Part shown: positions 10,160 to 21,048 of the stretch, piece by piece
Layout of the letters: the number at the start of each line of letters is the position of its first letter
How positions within the stretch are numbered: position 1 is the stretch's first letter
Assembly (NCBI GenBank): GCA_018304465.1
Contig: JAGVWC010000011.1
Location: 64,001 to 128,000, forward strand
Direction: 5' to 3'
Origin: Candidatus Iainarchaeum sp.
GTDB lineage: Archaea > Iainarchaeota > Iainarchaeia > Iainarchaeales > JAGVWC01
DNA: 64,000 nucleotides
Translations under genes and position numbers: made by a program
The notes under the pieces: generated by a model
What the model saw: the letters and a program-made list of their open reading frames with translations, nothing else
Database searches by the model: none
What the model was told of the DNA's origin: nothing

Positions 10160-13100
10160 GAAACCACCCTTTTTTTCCAAACCCACAAATCCATATCGTA
10201 AAAAACGTTCAATTGAGATTGACAATCGATCCGAATCGCATTGTTGTTGGGGCACTCCCGAACGGCTCTATCGCCGTTAATGACCGCAAACAACGTTCCT
10301 CCAATCCCGGAATCACGATCGAGGAGCAATTCGAAAAAATCCGTGCAAAGCGGTTGTTTTTCCCCGCACGAAAACGCGCTCACTGAAAAAGTTTTGACCA
10401 CCGAACCCGAAATCGTTTCCCTTCGGATCTGAATCGTGCTTTCGGGAGAACCCAAATATCCCGCGTTAATCGCGTTCAAGTCAAGCAACGCGCCGCCGCT
10501 TGTACTGGGACGCGCGCCGATGACCGCCAAGGTCAAATCCCGGTACCGCAACGTGATCGAAACGTTGGCGTCCCACGGAAAACCCGTCTGCAGGTTTTCG
10601 TCTTTATCCAAAAAATCCAGAAAGGTTCCCGGTTGGGGCACGACCCTGTTTTCATCCGAACACGAATACGACGAATTGCAGTCAAACGAAAACGTATACG
10701 AGCCATACCAAACTTTGCGAGTATTATTCAAATCCCCGATGTGATAATAAATGTAATTCTGATCCGATCCTTCGATGAAAACCCCCGTGTTCAGGTCCTT
10801 GACCGTTGTTCCATATGGAATCGGCACCGTGAGGTTGACGTCCGAAACCCGGTTCGTCGTGTACGCCGACGCGATATCCCCGATTTCCTGGGCGATGATT
10901 TCATACAATGCGATCAACGCGTTCTGATCCCACGCCACATACGATTTTCCCCCCGTAATATCGGCCACGTTGGTCAGTTCGGCTTGATCCGCATCCAATC
11001 CGAACGCGACCGTAAAAATCATGACATTATTGTCGCGTGCTACCAAGGCGGCGGCGCCGCTGTCACCCGAATTGGACTGCCCGTCCGACATCAACACAAC
11101 GAACTTTAACGCAAGCGGGTTCTGCGAACTTGGCACGTACCGGATTTCCACCATCATGTCTCCCGATTGGCTTGAAGACTGCTGAAACGCGTTTCCATTA
11201 ATATAATTGTTCGCCGAATTGCGTCCCCACGCATAATAATTTCCAGTGGACTGTCCGGTCGTGGAAAGCACGATATAATACGTGACTCCGGAAGAAAGCG
11301 AAACCGGCGACGGAAACGACACCGAATGCCAGTTGTAACCGGAAGAACTGATTTCGCTTGCCGGAATCGTGGCGGTCGCCCAATCCGATCCACTGATCGA
11401 ATTTCGAAGCCGAACCGTCACCGGCCCCGAAGGATCACCGGTTTTTTGAAGAAAAACATTGACTCCCGAAATCTGGTCGCCTTGCAGTTGTCGAAACGAC
11501 TGGCCCGCGGTGGATTCGGAAGAACTGTATCCGAATCGCAATTGCGAATTCCGAATATTTGTGGTCAAAAAACCGTCTTTTAACACAACTGTGCCCAAAT
11601 CCACTCCGGATTGGATATCCGTTCCGCCGTTCGCCGTCAAAGCATACAATGCCGAATTCACGTCGTCAAAAACAGCCGTCAATTCCTGGTTTTGCGTGGC
11701 CACAGTGTTAAACGAACTCAACCCGATCTGATCCTGGGGCTTCCACAAGAAGTCAAAATTCAAAAAAGCGCTTCCCGCCGCTTTCGCCTGATTGATGCGT
11801 GGCCCCAGCGACAAATCAATCGTAACCAAACCCTGGTTATCCGCGGAAATAAACGCGATATTGTTCCGTACAACGATTCCCCGGTAAACCGAAATCGATG
11901 GAAAACTCGTGAAAAAAGACGGGGCCGACGGAACCGATACATCCACGACCTGCAAAGACGAATCATCCGCGATATACGCACGATCGTTTTCAACCCAAAC
12001 ATCCCACGCGCTTCCAGGAGAATTGAACGTGCTTTCGACAAACGGCGCCGTCGGCGTGGACACGTTAATGATCCGCAATCCGGCCCCCCGATCCGCAACA
12101 AACGCGTAATCGCCCCGAACAAACACGCCTGTTGCGTCCGTCGTGTCCTCGATTCCCAATTGGAAAACGTCTAACGGGTTCGAAACATCCAGGATCCGCA
12201 GTCCGGAAGTATCGTCGGCAACGAATAATCGCGACCCATCCACAAAAACCTTGTTCGCATTGGTGGTCGGAAACGTTTCCACGAGTTGCGGATCGCTTTT
12301 ATCGGACACATCCACAACTTGGATTCCCTCCAAAATAAACGAACGCAAAAGCAAATCGCTGGTCAGCGCCGTCGACTGCTGGAACGCGTTTCCGCCGGCA
12401 TACGGATTGCTGGTTCTAACGCCGACTTGATAATAATTGCTCGTGGACTGCGTGGTTGTCGTCGCGACCACGAAAACCGTGTCATCCGGAGTCACTTGGA
12501 CCGGTTCCGAAAACGAAACGGTTTCCCAATTCAGCGAACTCGTGGAAATCGACCCGGATGAAATCTCGGCGGACGCAAGATCCGCTCCGGTAAGGCTTGA
12601 TCTCAAATGAATCGTCACGTTGCTCGGATTTCCGAATCTTCTCAAGTACAATTCCACTCCCGAAATCACGCCATGATTCGAAACAAACGATTGTCCCACC
12701 CACGATTCACCGGCCGAGTAGCCTAACCGAAGCGTGGAATTACTGGACGTGGTCGTGGTCACGTCGTAAATGGCGCCCGAAGCCGAAGCGGCTACAAACG
12801 CGTAGTTACCACTGACGGCAATTCCGTTAGCGGTTCCCAGGTTCGTGATCGTTGAAACCGAAAAAATGTTGCTCGGGTTCGACGCGTTCGCAATCCGGAA
12901 GCCGGACGCGCCGTCCGCTAAAAACACATAATTGCCTTGCTTGTTGATATCCATGGCCGTTCCAGGCGTATTCAAAGTCATGATCAAGGAAGGCAAACGC
13001 GGATTTTGGATATTCGCATCGCGAATTCCCGCGGATCCGTCCGCCAAATACAAATAATTGCCATCCAATGCCACGGCATAGGTATCCGTGGAAGCGGCGT

Positions 13101-13899
13101 GGCCATCCCAGCTCATGGAACCGCTGCGATCCATGACCAATGCGATATCCACCGGTTTTCGGCCGGTCGTTAACACCATGACATTCAGATCGACTTTGAT
13201 ATCCTGATCGCAATCCACGCTTCCGCTGGGGGCAGTGGACACGCCCAAGGTGATATTGGCGTCGCTTGCTCCCGCCAAATGCATTGCGAATGTTTTCGAC
13301 GAAAAACCGGGTGACTTTAATTCCGGTTCGCGGGCCATTCGGGCCAGAAAAACCAATCGGTCCCATCCAAAGACTTCGGGGTAAGCGGGTGAAAAAGGCG
13401 CAAGCGAAATCTGGCCCGGATCCACCTGACAGGCCAACACGTTTCCTTTGCGGAAAAAACTCAGTTTTTCGCGTGTCAAGGAACTGCCGATGGGAATCGG
13501 TTGTCCTTTGGATGGAAGAACGGTCCTGAATTGAAAACAATTGTCAAACGTCTGGTTTTGGATGCATTGGGCGCCGTTCAAATCATACCGCGTCATATCA
13601 ATGTGAAATTCGGTGTTCGGAGGAAGAACCGAACGGACTTTTTCCGAAATCGCGTCCATTTTTTCGCTGTCGTTCAAATCGTTTCGATCAAACGTGAAAA
13701 TGATGTATCCGCTTTCATCCAAACTGATCAGGGTGTCGCGCGACAATTGTTTGAGATTGGATATTTCCGACAACGGCTTGGATTCAAACGGTCCGACCCA
13801 TGCGACCGCGAGAAAACTGGTCACCAAAAAAACGGCAAACAACAAATCCGTCGACAAGGCGAAGCCTTTATCGGAAAACCGTGAGCCTGAAAATGGCAT
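10156..13899 (-). CDS. Large pilin-like surface adhesin with a vWA domain, LVIVD repeats and two repeated beta-rich modules
   Basis: KG-FALSTD class III-like N-terminus; DRSGSMS (MIDAS), GGTDI, LMSDG; LxIxDVSNP repeats. Confidence 0.75.
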   Translation of the reverse strand: MPFSGSRFSDKGFALSTDLLFAVFLVTSFLAVAWVGPFESKPLSEISNLKQLSRDTLISLDESGYIIFTFDRNDLNDSEKMDAISEKVRSVLPPNTEFHIDMTRYDLNGAQCIQNQTFDNCFQFRTVLPSKGQPIPIGSSLTREKLSFFRKGNVLACQVDPGQISLAPFSPAYPEVFGWDRLVFLARMAREPELKSPGFSSKTFAMHLAGASDANITLGVSTAPSGSVDCDQDIKVDLNVMVLTTGRKPVDIALVMDRSGSMSWDGHAASTDTYAVALDGNYLYLADGSAGIRDANIQNPRLPSLIMTLNTPGTAMDINKQGNYVFLADGASGFRIANASNPSNIFSVSTITNLGTANGIAVSGNYAFVAASASGAIYDVTTTTSSNSTLRLGYSAGESWVGQSFVSNHGVISGVELYLRRFGNPSNVTIHLRSSLTGADLASAEISSGSISTSSLNWETVSFSEPVQVTPDDTVFVVATTTTQSTSNYYQVGVRTSNPYAGGNAFQQSTALTSDLLLRSFILEGIQVVDVSDKSDPQLVETFPTTNANKVFVDGSRLFVADDTSGLRILDVSNPLDVFQLGIEDTTDATGVFVRGDYAFVADRGAGLRIINVSTPTAPFVESTFNSPGSAWDVWVENDRAYIADDSSLQVVDVSVPSAPSFFTSFPSISVYRGIVVRNNIAFISADNQGLVTIDLSLGPRINQAKAAGSAFLNFDFLWKPQDQIGLSSFNTVATQNQELTAVFDDVNSALYALTANGGTDIQSGVDLGTVVLKDGFLTTNIRNSQLRFGYSSSESTAGQSFRQLQGDQISGVNVFLQKTGDPSGPVTVRLRNSISGSDWATATIPASEISSSGYNWHSVSFPSPVSLSSGVTYYIVLSTTGQSTGNYYAWGRNSANNYINGNAFQQSSSQSGDMMVEIRYVPSSQNPLALKFVVLMSDGQSNSGDSGAAALVARDNNVMIFTVAFGLDADQAELTNVADITGGKSYVAWDQNALIALYEIIAQEIGDIASAYTTNRVSDVNLTVPIPYGTTVKDLNTGVFIEGSDQNYIYYHIGDLNNTRKVWYGSYTFSFDCNSSYSCSDENRVVPQPGTFLDFLDKDENLQTGFPWDANVSITLRYRDLTLAVIGARPSTSGGALLDLNAINAGYLGSPESTIQIRRETISGSVVKTFSVSAFSCGEKQPLCTDFFELLLDRDSGIGGTLFAVINGDRAVRECPNNNAIRIDCQSQLNVFYDMDLWVWKKRVVS

Positions 13900-14359
13900 T
13901 CTGTCCCTCCAGTGAAACGTTTCGCCAAACCACCGCGGTATTCGACGCGGGGTTGGGGATGCGACCGATGTTTCGATCCAACGAATCCTTGTTCGAATCG
14001 ATTTCGATGAAAAAATCGTATTCGAAAAACTTCATTTTGTGTTTTGTCAGGTTATAATCGTCAAGCACCATCTGCGAAAACATCTGTAACCGGTTCGAAT
14101 CCAACACGTTTTTTTGAACCGACAGCCCCACGATCTGAACCGACTGGGGATTCCAATCCATCGGATAGCCCGGCGACTCCACCAATGCCGTGGATTCCTG
14201 TTGCGCGCGGTTATACATGGTCTGGAATTCGTATTCTCCTTTCCAACGACTCACGTTTTCCGGCCAGATGTTCTCCAAAAAAAGAAAAATAATCAGAAAA
14301 ACGAACAAAACCCCCACGAGCTCGAGCATCAATGCCTGTCCTTGTTCATTGATTCTCAA
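13868..14359 (-). CDS. Class III signal-peptide pilin-like protein
   Basis: QG-QALMLE plus hydrophobic stretch; SPGYP.DW motif. Confidence 0.7.
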   Translation of the reverse strand: MRINEQGQALMLELVGVLFVFLIIFLFLENIWPENVSRWKGEYEFQTMYNRAQQESTALVESPGYPMDWNPQSVQIVGLSVQKNVLDSNRLQMFSQMVLDDYNLTKHKMKFFEYDFFIEIDSNKDSLDRNIGRIPNPASNTAVVWRNVSLEGQNAIFRLTVFR

Positions 14360-14702
14360 CTTCGACCACCCCGGTTCTGTTGGAAAGAACGATCATTCCT
14401 TTTGAAAGCGACGCGGGTTGTGCGATTCCCGAAAAAAAACAATACGCTTCGTTCACCGAAATCGACGATTCATTCAAAACAAAATCCGCGCGTGCCTCCA
14501 CCACGATTTGGGTGCCGGGTCCCTGAATGAAAACTTCCTGAACCAATTCGGATAACCGCGAGCAATTACCCATGTCAAACGAAGAATCCGAAATAAACAG
14601 CGTGTACTCCTGAATATTCAGGATGGACGACACCGCAATTACGAGAAAAACAAGAATCAACAACACCGAAATGAGACCCTCAAAAGAAATCTGGCCCCTC
14701 AT
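14346..14702 (-). CDS. Type IV pilin-like protein
   Basis: MRG-QISFE class III signal peptide. Confidence 0.8.
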   Translation of the reverse strand: MRGQISFEGLISVLLILVFLVIAVSSILNIQEYTLFISDSSFDMGNCSRLSELVQEVFIQGPGTQIVVEARADFVLNESSISVNEAYCFFSGIAQPASLSKGMIVLSNRTGVVEVENQ

Positions 14703-15130
14703 CCGCTCACCACACTGATGTTGACGTCGGAACCCAAAGACACCAGTTTAATTTTATACGCGCCGCCTTTGACGGGAAGAGATCCTTTGACATTGGCGTC
14801 CAAATACACGAAGTAATTCCGCACTCCAAAAGGAGACGACAAATCAAAACCGACTTCTCTTCCGGACAAACCGCCGACATTGCTGTCTGAAACGCTTGCC
14901 GGAAGCGCGATTTCAACGATCAAGACGTTTCCGGGCCCCAAAGCATAGGAATGATTGATCCCCGTTTGAATGTTACGCAGACTATCCATGGCCATGCTTG
15001 ACGAAACCGACTCCGAAAATGTCAAAAAAGCCGATCCGCCCACGACTGCGATAAACAAAAGCATCACTACGGTCAAAACGAGCAATTCGAGCGAACTTTG
15101 ACCCCGGGAAGAAACACGCCAAACAGTCAT
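14699..15130 (-). CDS. Type IV pilin-like protein
   Basis: RG-QSSLE class III signal peptide; translationally coupled to the next gene. Confidence 0.8.
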   Translation of the reverse strand: MTVWRVSSRGQSSLELLVLTVVMLLFIAVVGGSAFLTFSESVSSSMAMDSLRNIQTGINHSYALGPGNVLIVEIALPASVSDSNVGGLSGREVGFDLSSPFGVRNYFVYLDANVKGSLPVKGGAYKIKLVSLGSDVNISVVSG

Positions 15131-15450
15131 ACTTTCCGGTTTTATTAGGACTTAATATATTAATAATGGTTTTTGTAAAAGCAGGGTTCAAAAAAATAGG
15201 AATTCTCCAACGGAACCGTAAGCAAAACGTTTTTCACAATCGAATACACGGTGTTTCGCGGTAAAACCAGGTCTTCGGACAAAAAACCACGGTCCACGAC
15301 GATTGACCGATATTATTGGTGGAACCCGCGTGCAAACCTCGTTTACCTTGCCGATTTCGCTTCCGTCCGGTCAAAAGCCTTCAATTCCTCGTATTCCGTG
15401 ACCGGCGAAATCTTTAGGATCACCCCTAACTGGGTTTCTTCAAGAACCGA

Positions 15451-16749
15451 TCAATCCGAAAAAGAATCCCAAATTTTTTGCACAACGCTTTTGTTCGGAT
15501 GTCCCCGAGTCGATTCCAACACGTTCACCAATTCTTTTACCAACGGTCGAAGAACCCTTTTTTTAGCAAGTTTTTTCCCGTTTTTTCCAATGCGGTTTCG
15601 AAGACGGAAATCCGACAACAAGCGATGCAAAACTTCGGCCAGCACGTTCGGATGCGACAACGGAATCACCACCAACGGACTCGATTGAGAAATATCTTTG
15701 GCCAAAAAAACCTCTTTTGGATGAATCGCTTCCATCACCGAAATCGCGCGCGTAGTCGTAACCACAGGCTTTTGCATCGCCATGGCTTCCCACACCGTAT
15801 TAAGATACGATTCCGGATACTGCGAATTGCACACCACCATATCCGCCCGCCGGTATTGTTTGAGAAAATCCTTCCGAACCGAATCCGCGACCGAAAGAAA
15901 ACGGATACGCGATTCGATTCCACAATTTTTTGCAAACTGTCGAATGGCATTCAACGCAAATCGATTGTTCTTATTCGTGGGATCGAAACCACCGAAAATC
16001 AAAACCGAATCCGGAAACTCGGAAGCGATCTTGCTGTATCCAAACAACAAGTCTCCGATGCCCTTGTCCCAGATCAAGCCGGGAACCCGCGGAAAAACCC
16101 GGCCCGGAAAAAGAATCCGTAGTTGTTTGGAAAAACGCGGCACGAAACCCGAAAAAAAATCTTTTGAAATTCCGTTATGCACCAATCGTATTTTTTTGGA
16201 AGACACTTTTTTTTGCGTCAACCATTTTTTCATCAGTAAAGAAGGCACTACGATTCGATTCGGACAAGACAACACCGTTTCCTCGACTTTCCGGTACTTG
16301 AAAAAATGCAGTTCCGATGCTTCTCGAGACACCAACGGAATCTTTCTTTTCGCGCACTCAAGAATCACATTGATCGAAACCCCCAGGAAAAAAAGACGAT
16401 GGATACTGACAAAGAACACGACGTGTTTTCCGGGGTCTGATTCGAATTGATCAAAAAAACGGGTCACCTTTTGACGAAGCGCGTCTGTTGCACTCACCAC
16501 CGTTTTTTTGGACAAAATTTCTTCTTCCGCTAATCGCCACAAATCATGCTCTGTTTTTGAAATCGCCGGGTCAACCACAAACCGAACCCCTTTTTTTACA
16601 AGTCCCGCCGGAGGCCGACTTGACGACAACACGTGCACACAATGCCCCTGATCCAAAAGCTCTTCGACCAGGGTTTCGGTGTACGATTGAAAGCCGCCGA
16701 TGCTCTGAAAGTCACGCGCAATAATACCGATCACAAGCCCCATAAACAA
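15451..16749 (-). CDS. Glycosyltransferase family 4
   Basis: GG..Y, VHNGI, KG, ESY...VWEAMAMQKPVV. Confidence 0.85.
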   Translation of the reverse strand: MFMGLVIGIIARDFQSIGGFQSYTETLVEELLDQGHCVHVLSSSRPPAGLVKKGVRFVVDPAISKTEHDLWRLAEEEILSKKTVVSATDALRQKVTRFFDQFESDPGKHVVFFVSIHRLFFLGVSINVILECAKRKIPLVSREASELHFFKYRKVEETVLSCPNRIVVPSLLMKKWLTQKKVSSKKIRLVHNGISKDFFSGFVPRFSKQLRILFPGRVFPRVPGLIWDKGIGDLLFGYSKIASEFPDSVLIFGGFDPTNKNNRFALNAIRQFAKNCGIESRIRFLSVADSVRKDFLKQYRRADMVVCNSQYPESYLNTVWEAMAMQKPVVTTTRAISVMEAIHPKEVFLAKDISQSSPLVVIPLSHPNVLAEVLHRLLSDFRLRNRIGKNGKKLAKKRVLRPLVKELVNVLESTRGHPNKSVVQKIWDSFSD

Positions 16750-16826
16750 CCCCTGATTTGCAGCTATATAAATGTATCTACTAATTCTACCGACGTTTTT
16801 TTATTGAAATCAATTTTCTATAAATA

Positions 16827-17633
16827 ATGATCAAAAAGGACAAGGGGGTTCATTTACTCGTCATTGCCCCGCACCGCGACGATGAAACACTTGGTTGCGG
16901 CGAATTCATCTTTGATATCCAATCCCAAGGACATTTCGTCTGGGTCGCGTTTCTTACCAGCGGAACTTCCCCGGAAGGAAAATTAAACCATAACGGACAC
17001 GTGCAGCTTCGACGACGCGAAGCGCGACGCGCCTTGAAATTCCTCGGAGTCCCGTCGCACCGCAACATTTTTTTTCCTTTGCTTACCCGAAACACGTACC
17101 GAAAAATTCCTTTTTTATTCGCTCAGCTGTCCAAGCACGTTAAAAAAATCGAGCCCCAATTCATTCTGGCTCCCGCCTTTGAAGGCGGTCATCCCGATCA
17201 TGACGTCGCGTCGTTTTTGGCGCATCTGCTAAAACAACACCACCCCAACGTCGTCGTATTGGAATACGCACTCTACAATTGGAAAAAAGGAGCCCGAAAA
17301 TGCAAAGAGTTCCTGGAAAAAGACGGATTCATCACCTGGCATCCGTCCAAAGAAGCAAAAAAAGCCAAAGCCCGCGCCCTGAATCAATATCGAACCCAGC
17401 AGCACATTCTTTCCCTGGAAAAAAGGACTTTCGTCGAACGGTTTCGACCCCAACCCGAACACGATTATTCCCGTCCGCCCGCGCACCAAAAAGCCCTTTA
17501 TGAACGATGGGCCAGCGGCGTGCGACAACAAGACGTTATTTCACACATATCCGCTTTCGAACAGCAATTCGCCAAAAAAAAACCGAAAAAAAAGCACACG
17601 AAAAAACTTTGGCACTCACTTGTTTTTCGTTAA
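16827..17633 (+). CDS. PIG-L/LmbE family deacetylase
   Basis: APHRDDETLG and GHPDHD motifs. Confidence 0.9.
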   Translation: MIKKDKGVHLLVIAPHRDDETLGCGEFIFDIQSQGHFVWVAFLTSGTSPEGKLNHNGHVQLRRREARRALKFLGVPSHRNIFFPLLTRNTYRKIPFLFAQLSKHVKKIEPQFILAPAFEGGHPDHDVASFLAHLLKQHHPNVVVLEYALYNWKKGARKCKEFLEKDGFITWHPSKEAKKAKARALNQYRTQQHILSLEKRTFVERFRPQPEHDYSRPPAHQKALYERWASGVRQQDVISHISAFEQQFAKKKPKKKHTKKLWHSLVFR

Positions 17634-18776
17634 CCGCAGGTAAATCTCTTCATACTGTTTCGTTTCTTGTTTCGGATGAAACGAACGCACGCGTTTCATG
17701 GCGGCGGATCCGAGCCGGTCAATCAATTTCGGATCCGCAAAAACCTTTTCGAAAACCATCCGAAGCGATTCGGAATCCCGCGGATTCGCCAAAAGCCCTT
17801 CAGTCTGGTCTTCCAACACCTGCATGACCCCCGGAATACGCGTGCTGACAATCAGCTTTCCGAACAACATTCCATCCAAAACCACGTTTGGACAGCCTTC
17901 GCGCGTGGAAGGAACCACCAGAACATCGCAGTCGTTATACTTTTCGTGGATTTTTTTGCGCGGCACCGGATCGAAAAAACGGATTCGCTTCGAAAGACCC
18001 GTTTTGGCCAGCAATTTTTCATACGATTTTTTTTCCTCCGCGTTGATTCTACCCGTGACCTGTAATTCGAACGGAAAACGCTTTAGCTCCGACAAAGCTT
18101 CGATCAAATACACGAACCCTTTTTTGCGATGAACATCGCCCACGTACCCGATCGAGATTTTTTTTCCTCTTTGACGAGGTTTCACGGGCAAATGTTCCAT
18201 GAAACCGGAATTCGGAATCACCGCGGACTTATCCAGAACAGGGGCGATGACATTTCCGATTTCGCGTAACTCGGGATTCACAAACGTCAAAAAATCCGCG
18301 TTCTGCAAAGTCCAAAGCACCCACGGAAAACGAGTCGCCACGAACACGTTGCGCGCGACATCGCTTCCCCGCACGCTGACCAACACCGGAATCTTCAAAA
18401 TTTTTCCCGCAAGAACGCTGACGTAACCGGTCGGCACCAGAAAATACGCGTGAATCAAATCGAACGAATATTTCCGATGCAAAGACGAAATCGCGAAAAA
18501 AAGATTATCCAATCCCCATTCGTACTGGGAAGAACCGTCATCGGGAGCGACGAAAACCGAATGAAGAAAAAAATTCCCTTTTTTTTCCGTTCGAAAATCG
18601 GATTTGATGAGATCCAATTGATCGGAAGCAAACGCGCCCGCAATCAAGTGAACCTCGAACCGGTCCGACAAATGGGAAATCAACCGATGCGCGGAAATCG
18701 ATACGCCGTCCGAATCCGGGTCAAAATGGTGAACCACCACCGCGATCCGCAATTTTTTATTTTCCATCCCAACCAT
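17616..18776 (-). CDS. Glycosyltransferase family 4
   Basis: RGSD, KKG, PSTREGCPNVVLD. Confidence 0.87.
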   Translation of the reverse strand: MVGMENKKLRIAVVVHHFDPDSDGVSISAHRLISHLSDRFEVHLIAGAFASDQLDLIKSDFRTEKKGNFFLHSVFVAPDDGSSQYEWGLDNLFFAISSLHRKYSFDLIHAYFLVPTGYVSVLAGKILKIPVLVSVRGSDVARNVFVATRFPWVLWTLQNADFLTFVNPELREIGNVIAPVLDKSAVIPNSGFMEHLPVKPRQRGKKISIGYVGDVHRKKGFVYLIEALSELKRFPFELQVTGRINAEEKKSYEKLLAKTGLSKRIRFFDPVPRKKIHEKYNDCDVLVVPSTREGCPNVVLDGMLFGKLIVSTRIPGVMQVLEDQTEGLLANPRDSESLRMVFEKVFADPKLIDRLGSAAMKRVRSFHPKQETKQYEEIYLRLTKNK

Positions 18777-18872
18777 ACCAACACAGTCAAAGAATAACTA
18801 AAAATACCTTTCTTTTTGTTTTTTTTCAGCTTAACGGAAAAAATCGTTAAAAAAAGCCCGATCGAGGAACAC

Positions 18873-19172
18873 CTAAATCAAACTTCGTCCTTTTTCCATC
18901 AAACGCAAGGCAAACGACAATTCCAAAACCGATCCTAAGAGCGAAAAAAATCGTATCCGAAATCCATTCGGCGTGAACTCTTTGCCCGTTGCGTTCTGCA
19001 AAATCAAATAGTGCCTTCGTTCATCCGCCGAGATTTTTTCCAGTATCCTGCGATTATTCTTGTCTTTGGTCAGTTTCGCCAGATTCGCGTACGTGTGATA
19101 CTCGTTCAATTCGCCTTGCTGAAACCGCAAAATCCTTGCCAGGATATCCGGATCCAGTTCTTTGCTTTTCAT
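18873..19172 (-). pseudogene. Truncated rubrerythrin-like N-terminal domain of a ferritin/VIT1-CCC1 fusion protein
   Basis: QQGELNEY..Y..LA, DERRHY, LSFALRLMEKG, then an abrupt stop at 99 aa. Confidence 0.55.
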
Positions 19173-19284
19173 GACAATCCTCTATATCAACAAGGAAAAA
19201 ACATTTAAGGCTTTATTCCACCGAAAAGAAGACTCAAAAACGTTTTCAAGTTTTTTTCAAATTCGGTTCAAAAGAAAAAGAAGA

Positions 19285-19298
19285 AGGGCTTTCGCCCT
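19285..19298 (-). terminator. Intrinsic terminator-like hairpin
   Basis: agggc-tttc-gccct just after the 19308 stop, followed by a T-rich run on the minus strand. Confidence 0.5.
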
Positions 19299-19307
19299 CC
19301 TTTACCG

Positions 19308-21041
19308 TTACTTCCAGATCTGATAGTTTTTGAACTGGACATCCATAAAGTCCGTTCGAAAACCGTCAAAACCCGCGGTTTTGTGGGGCAAACCGCCGGC
19401 ACCGGTATCAACTGTTTCGAGTTTTTTCTCCCATTTTTTGGTGGATGCGTTATAGATGTACAACTTGAGATTAACGCCGTTGCTGACGTTACGGGTCTCG
19501 AGTTTTAGGGGAATCCATGTGTTTTTTGGAAGAAGCGACGGATTCGACTCATGATGATAGGTTCCAGAGAATACTTTTTTGGAGGCAAGGGTGAAATAAT
19601 CCCCGTTGATTTTTTTCTTGATCACGGCTTGTCCATCCACGCGGATTCCGGCATAATACCCGTTGTCCCCATTCTGGAACCGGCTGATCAAGAAAATACC
19701 GTTCGAAGATTTTCGGGTCGACGCGTCGCTTAGGTTATCGCGAACGATCCGAAACCATGCGATTTCCGAGTGATTTTCCCACAGGTGACGCGTTACGAGT
19801 TCGAAGAGATTCTGAGGTCGGTCCCCGAAATCCGTTGTCGCGGAAGACGCGAATTTTACGTGCAACGGATCATTTGCCGCTAATGGTCCCTGTAACGTGG
19901 CTCCGACTCCGTTTGCTTGCGTCATTTTTCCCCCGGCGCGCAGCCAAAAGTATGGATTCGTGTTGTTATCCGGATCACTTTGGTTAAGAACGCTCGTTGA
20001 ATCGAATTGGTATTTGAACGGCGAACTCAACGTTCTGGGAGTGACAGGCGGAATCACCGGCGGATCAACGGGTGGAACGATCGGAGGAACCACCGGAGGA
20101 AAAGTTCCGTTCGGGTCGATTTCCCGAACGCTCATTTTTTTGTAAATCAATCCGTCCGATCCGACGCCATCGCTTCGGAAATAAACCGTCGCGTTTGGAT
20201 TTCCAGATTCGGAACCCGGCCGATTATTGCTGTTCGTCAGTTTTTCCGCCGGATTGATTCCCGAATCACAGGCTCTTCCACCGGCTCCGAAATTGTTTCC
20301 GTTATCGATGAATTCGTTGATCTTGACCCAGTTACCGCCGTTAGCTCCGTCGGTTTCGTCAAGCCACAATTCCAGCTTGACATTCCCGTCAAGAAGATCA
20401 TACACGACGTACTTGTAGCCGATCCATGTGTTTTTCGGCAATCCTCCGCTCCATTTCTGAGTGCTTTTGACGACCGAAGAACTCGGATGCGACGTTTCTT
20501 TTTCAAAATCGATTTTTCCGTCATAGCGCATGCGCGCGGCGATTCCGCGCGTATCGCACAGGTTATCGGTTTCACGTCCGCCAACGGTTCCGTGATTGGT
20601 CCGGGCAAGACCGACAATGCCGCCCCAATTGATTCCGTTATCGGAAATCCGCTTGGCGTACACGGTCATTTCCACGTTGGTCCATCCATCTGTGTGCTGT
20701 GGATCATGGATGTACATGCGCGGAACAGAGCCGGATACTTTGAGTTGCCCGGTTCCGTCCACCTTGTACGAAGCGTTGCCATGGTCGGCATCGAACCAGG
20801 GATCTTTCGGATCGACTCCGGAAAAGTTTCGGGAAACTCCGTTGTCCCAGGTGGAAGTCCATTCTTTTCCGCCGGTCGGATACAGTTCCTTGATCCCGAA
20901 ACGATCTTTTTGAGTCGATGTTTCTGCTGCGAGTGCAGCGGACGCCACCAATGCAATTAATGCAAATGCAATCATGGCAAACATCCGCCAATTCGTGAAT
21001 CGAGTTGTGCGTGTGTTTGTTCGTGTCATTTCTATGTACAT
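19308..21041 (-). CDS. Secreted two-domain beta-sandwich (lectin/carbohydrate-active-like) protein with a Pro-rich linker
   Basis: Signal peptide; two Trp/Gly-rich domains joined by [18 protein letters not shown]; start may be 21029. Confidence 0.6.
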   Translation of the reverse strand: MYIEMTRTNTRTTRFTNWRMFAMIAFALIALVASAALAAETSTQKDRFGIKELYPTGGKEWTSTWDNGVSRNFSGVDPKDPWFDADHGNASYKVDGTGQLKVSGSVPRMYIHDPQHTDGWTNVEMTVYAKRISDNGINWGGIVGLARTNHGTVGGRETDNLCDTRGIAARMRYDGKIDFEKETSHPSSSVVKSTQKWSGGLPKNTWIGYKYVVYDLLDGNVKLELWLDETDGANGGNWVKINEFIDNGNNFGAGGRACDSGINPAEKLTNSNNRPGSESGNPNATVYFRSDGVGSDGLIYKKMSVREIDPNGTFPPVVPPIVPPVDPPVIPPVTPRTLSSPFKYQFDSTSVLNQSDPDNNTNPYFWLRAGGKMTQANGVGATLQGPLAANDPLHVKFASSATTDFGDRPQNLFELVTRHLWENHSEIAWFRIVRDNLSDASTRKSSNGIFLISRFQNGDNGYYAGIRVDGQAVIKKKINGDYFTLASKKVFSGTYHHESNPSLLPKNTWIPLKLETRNVSNGVNLKLYIYNASTKKWEKKLETVDTGAGGLPHKTAGFDGFRTDFMDVQFKNYQIWK

Positions 21042-21048
21042 CTCCTTT

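Noticed and set aside
20041-20100. Short tandem repeat-like DNA
   Set aside because: It simply encodes the Pro-rich linker of the 19308-21041 protein.
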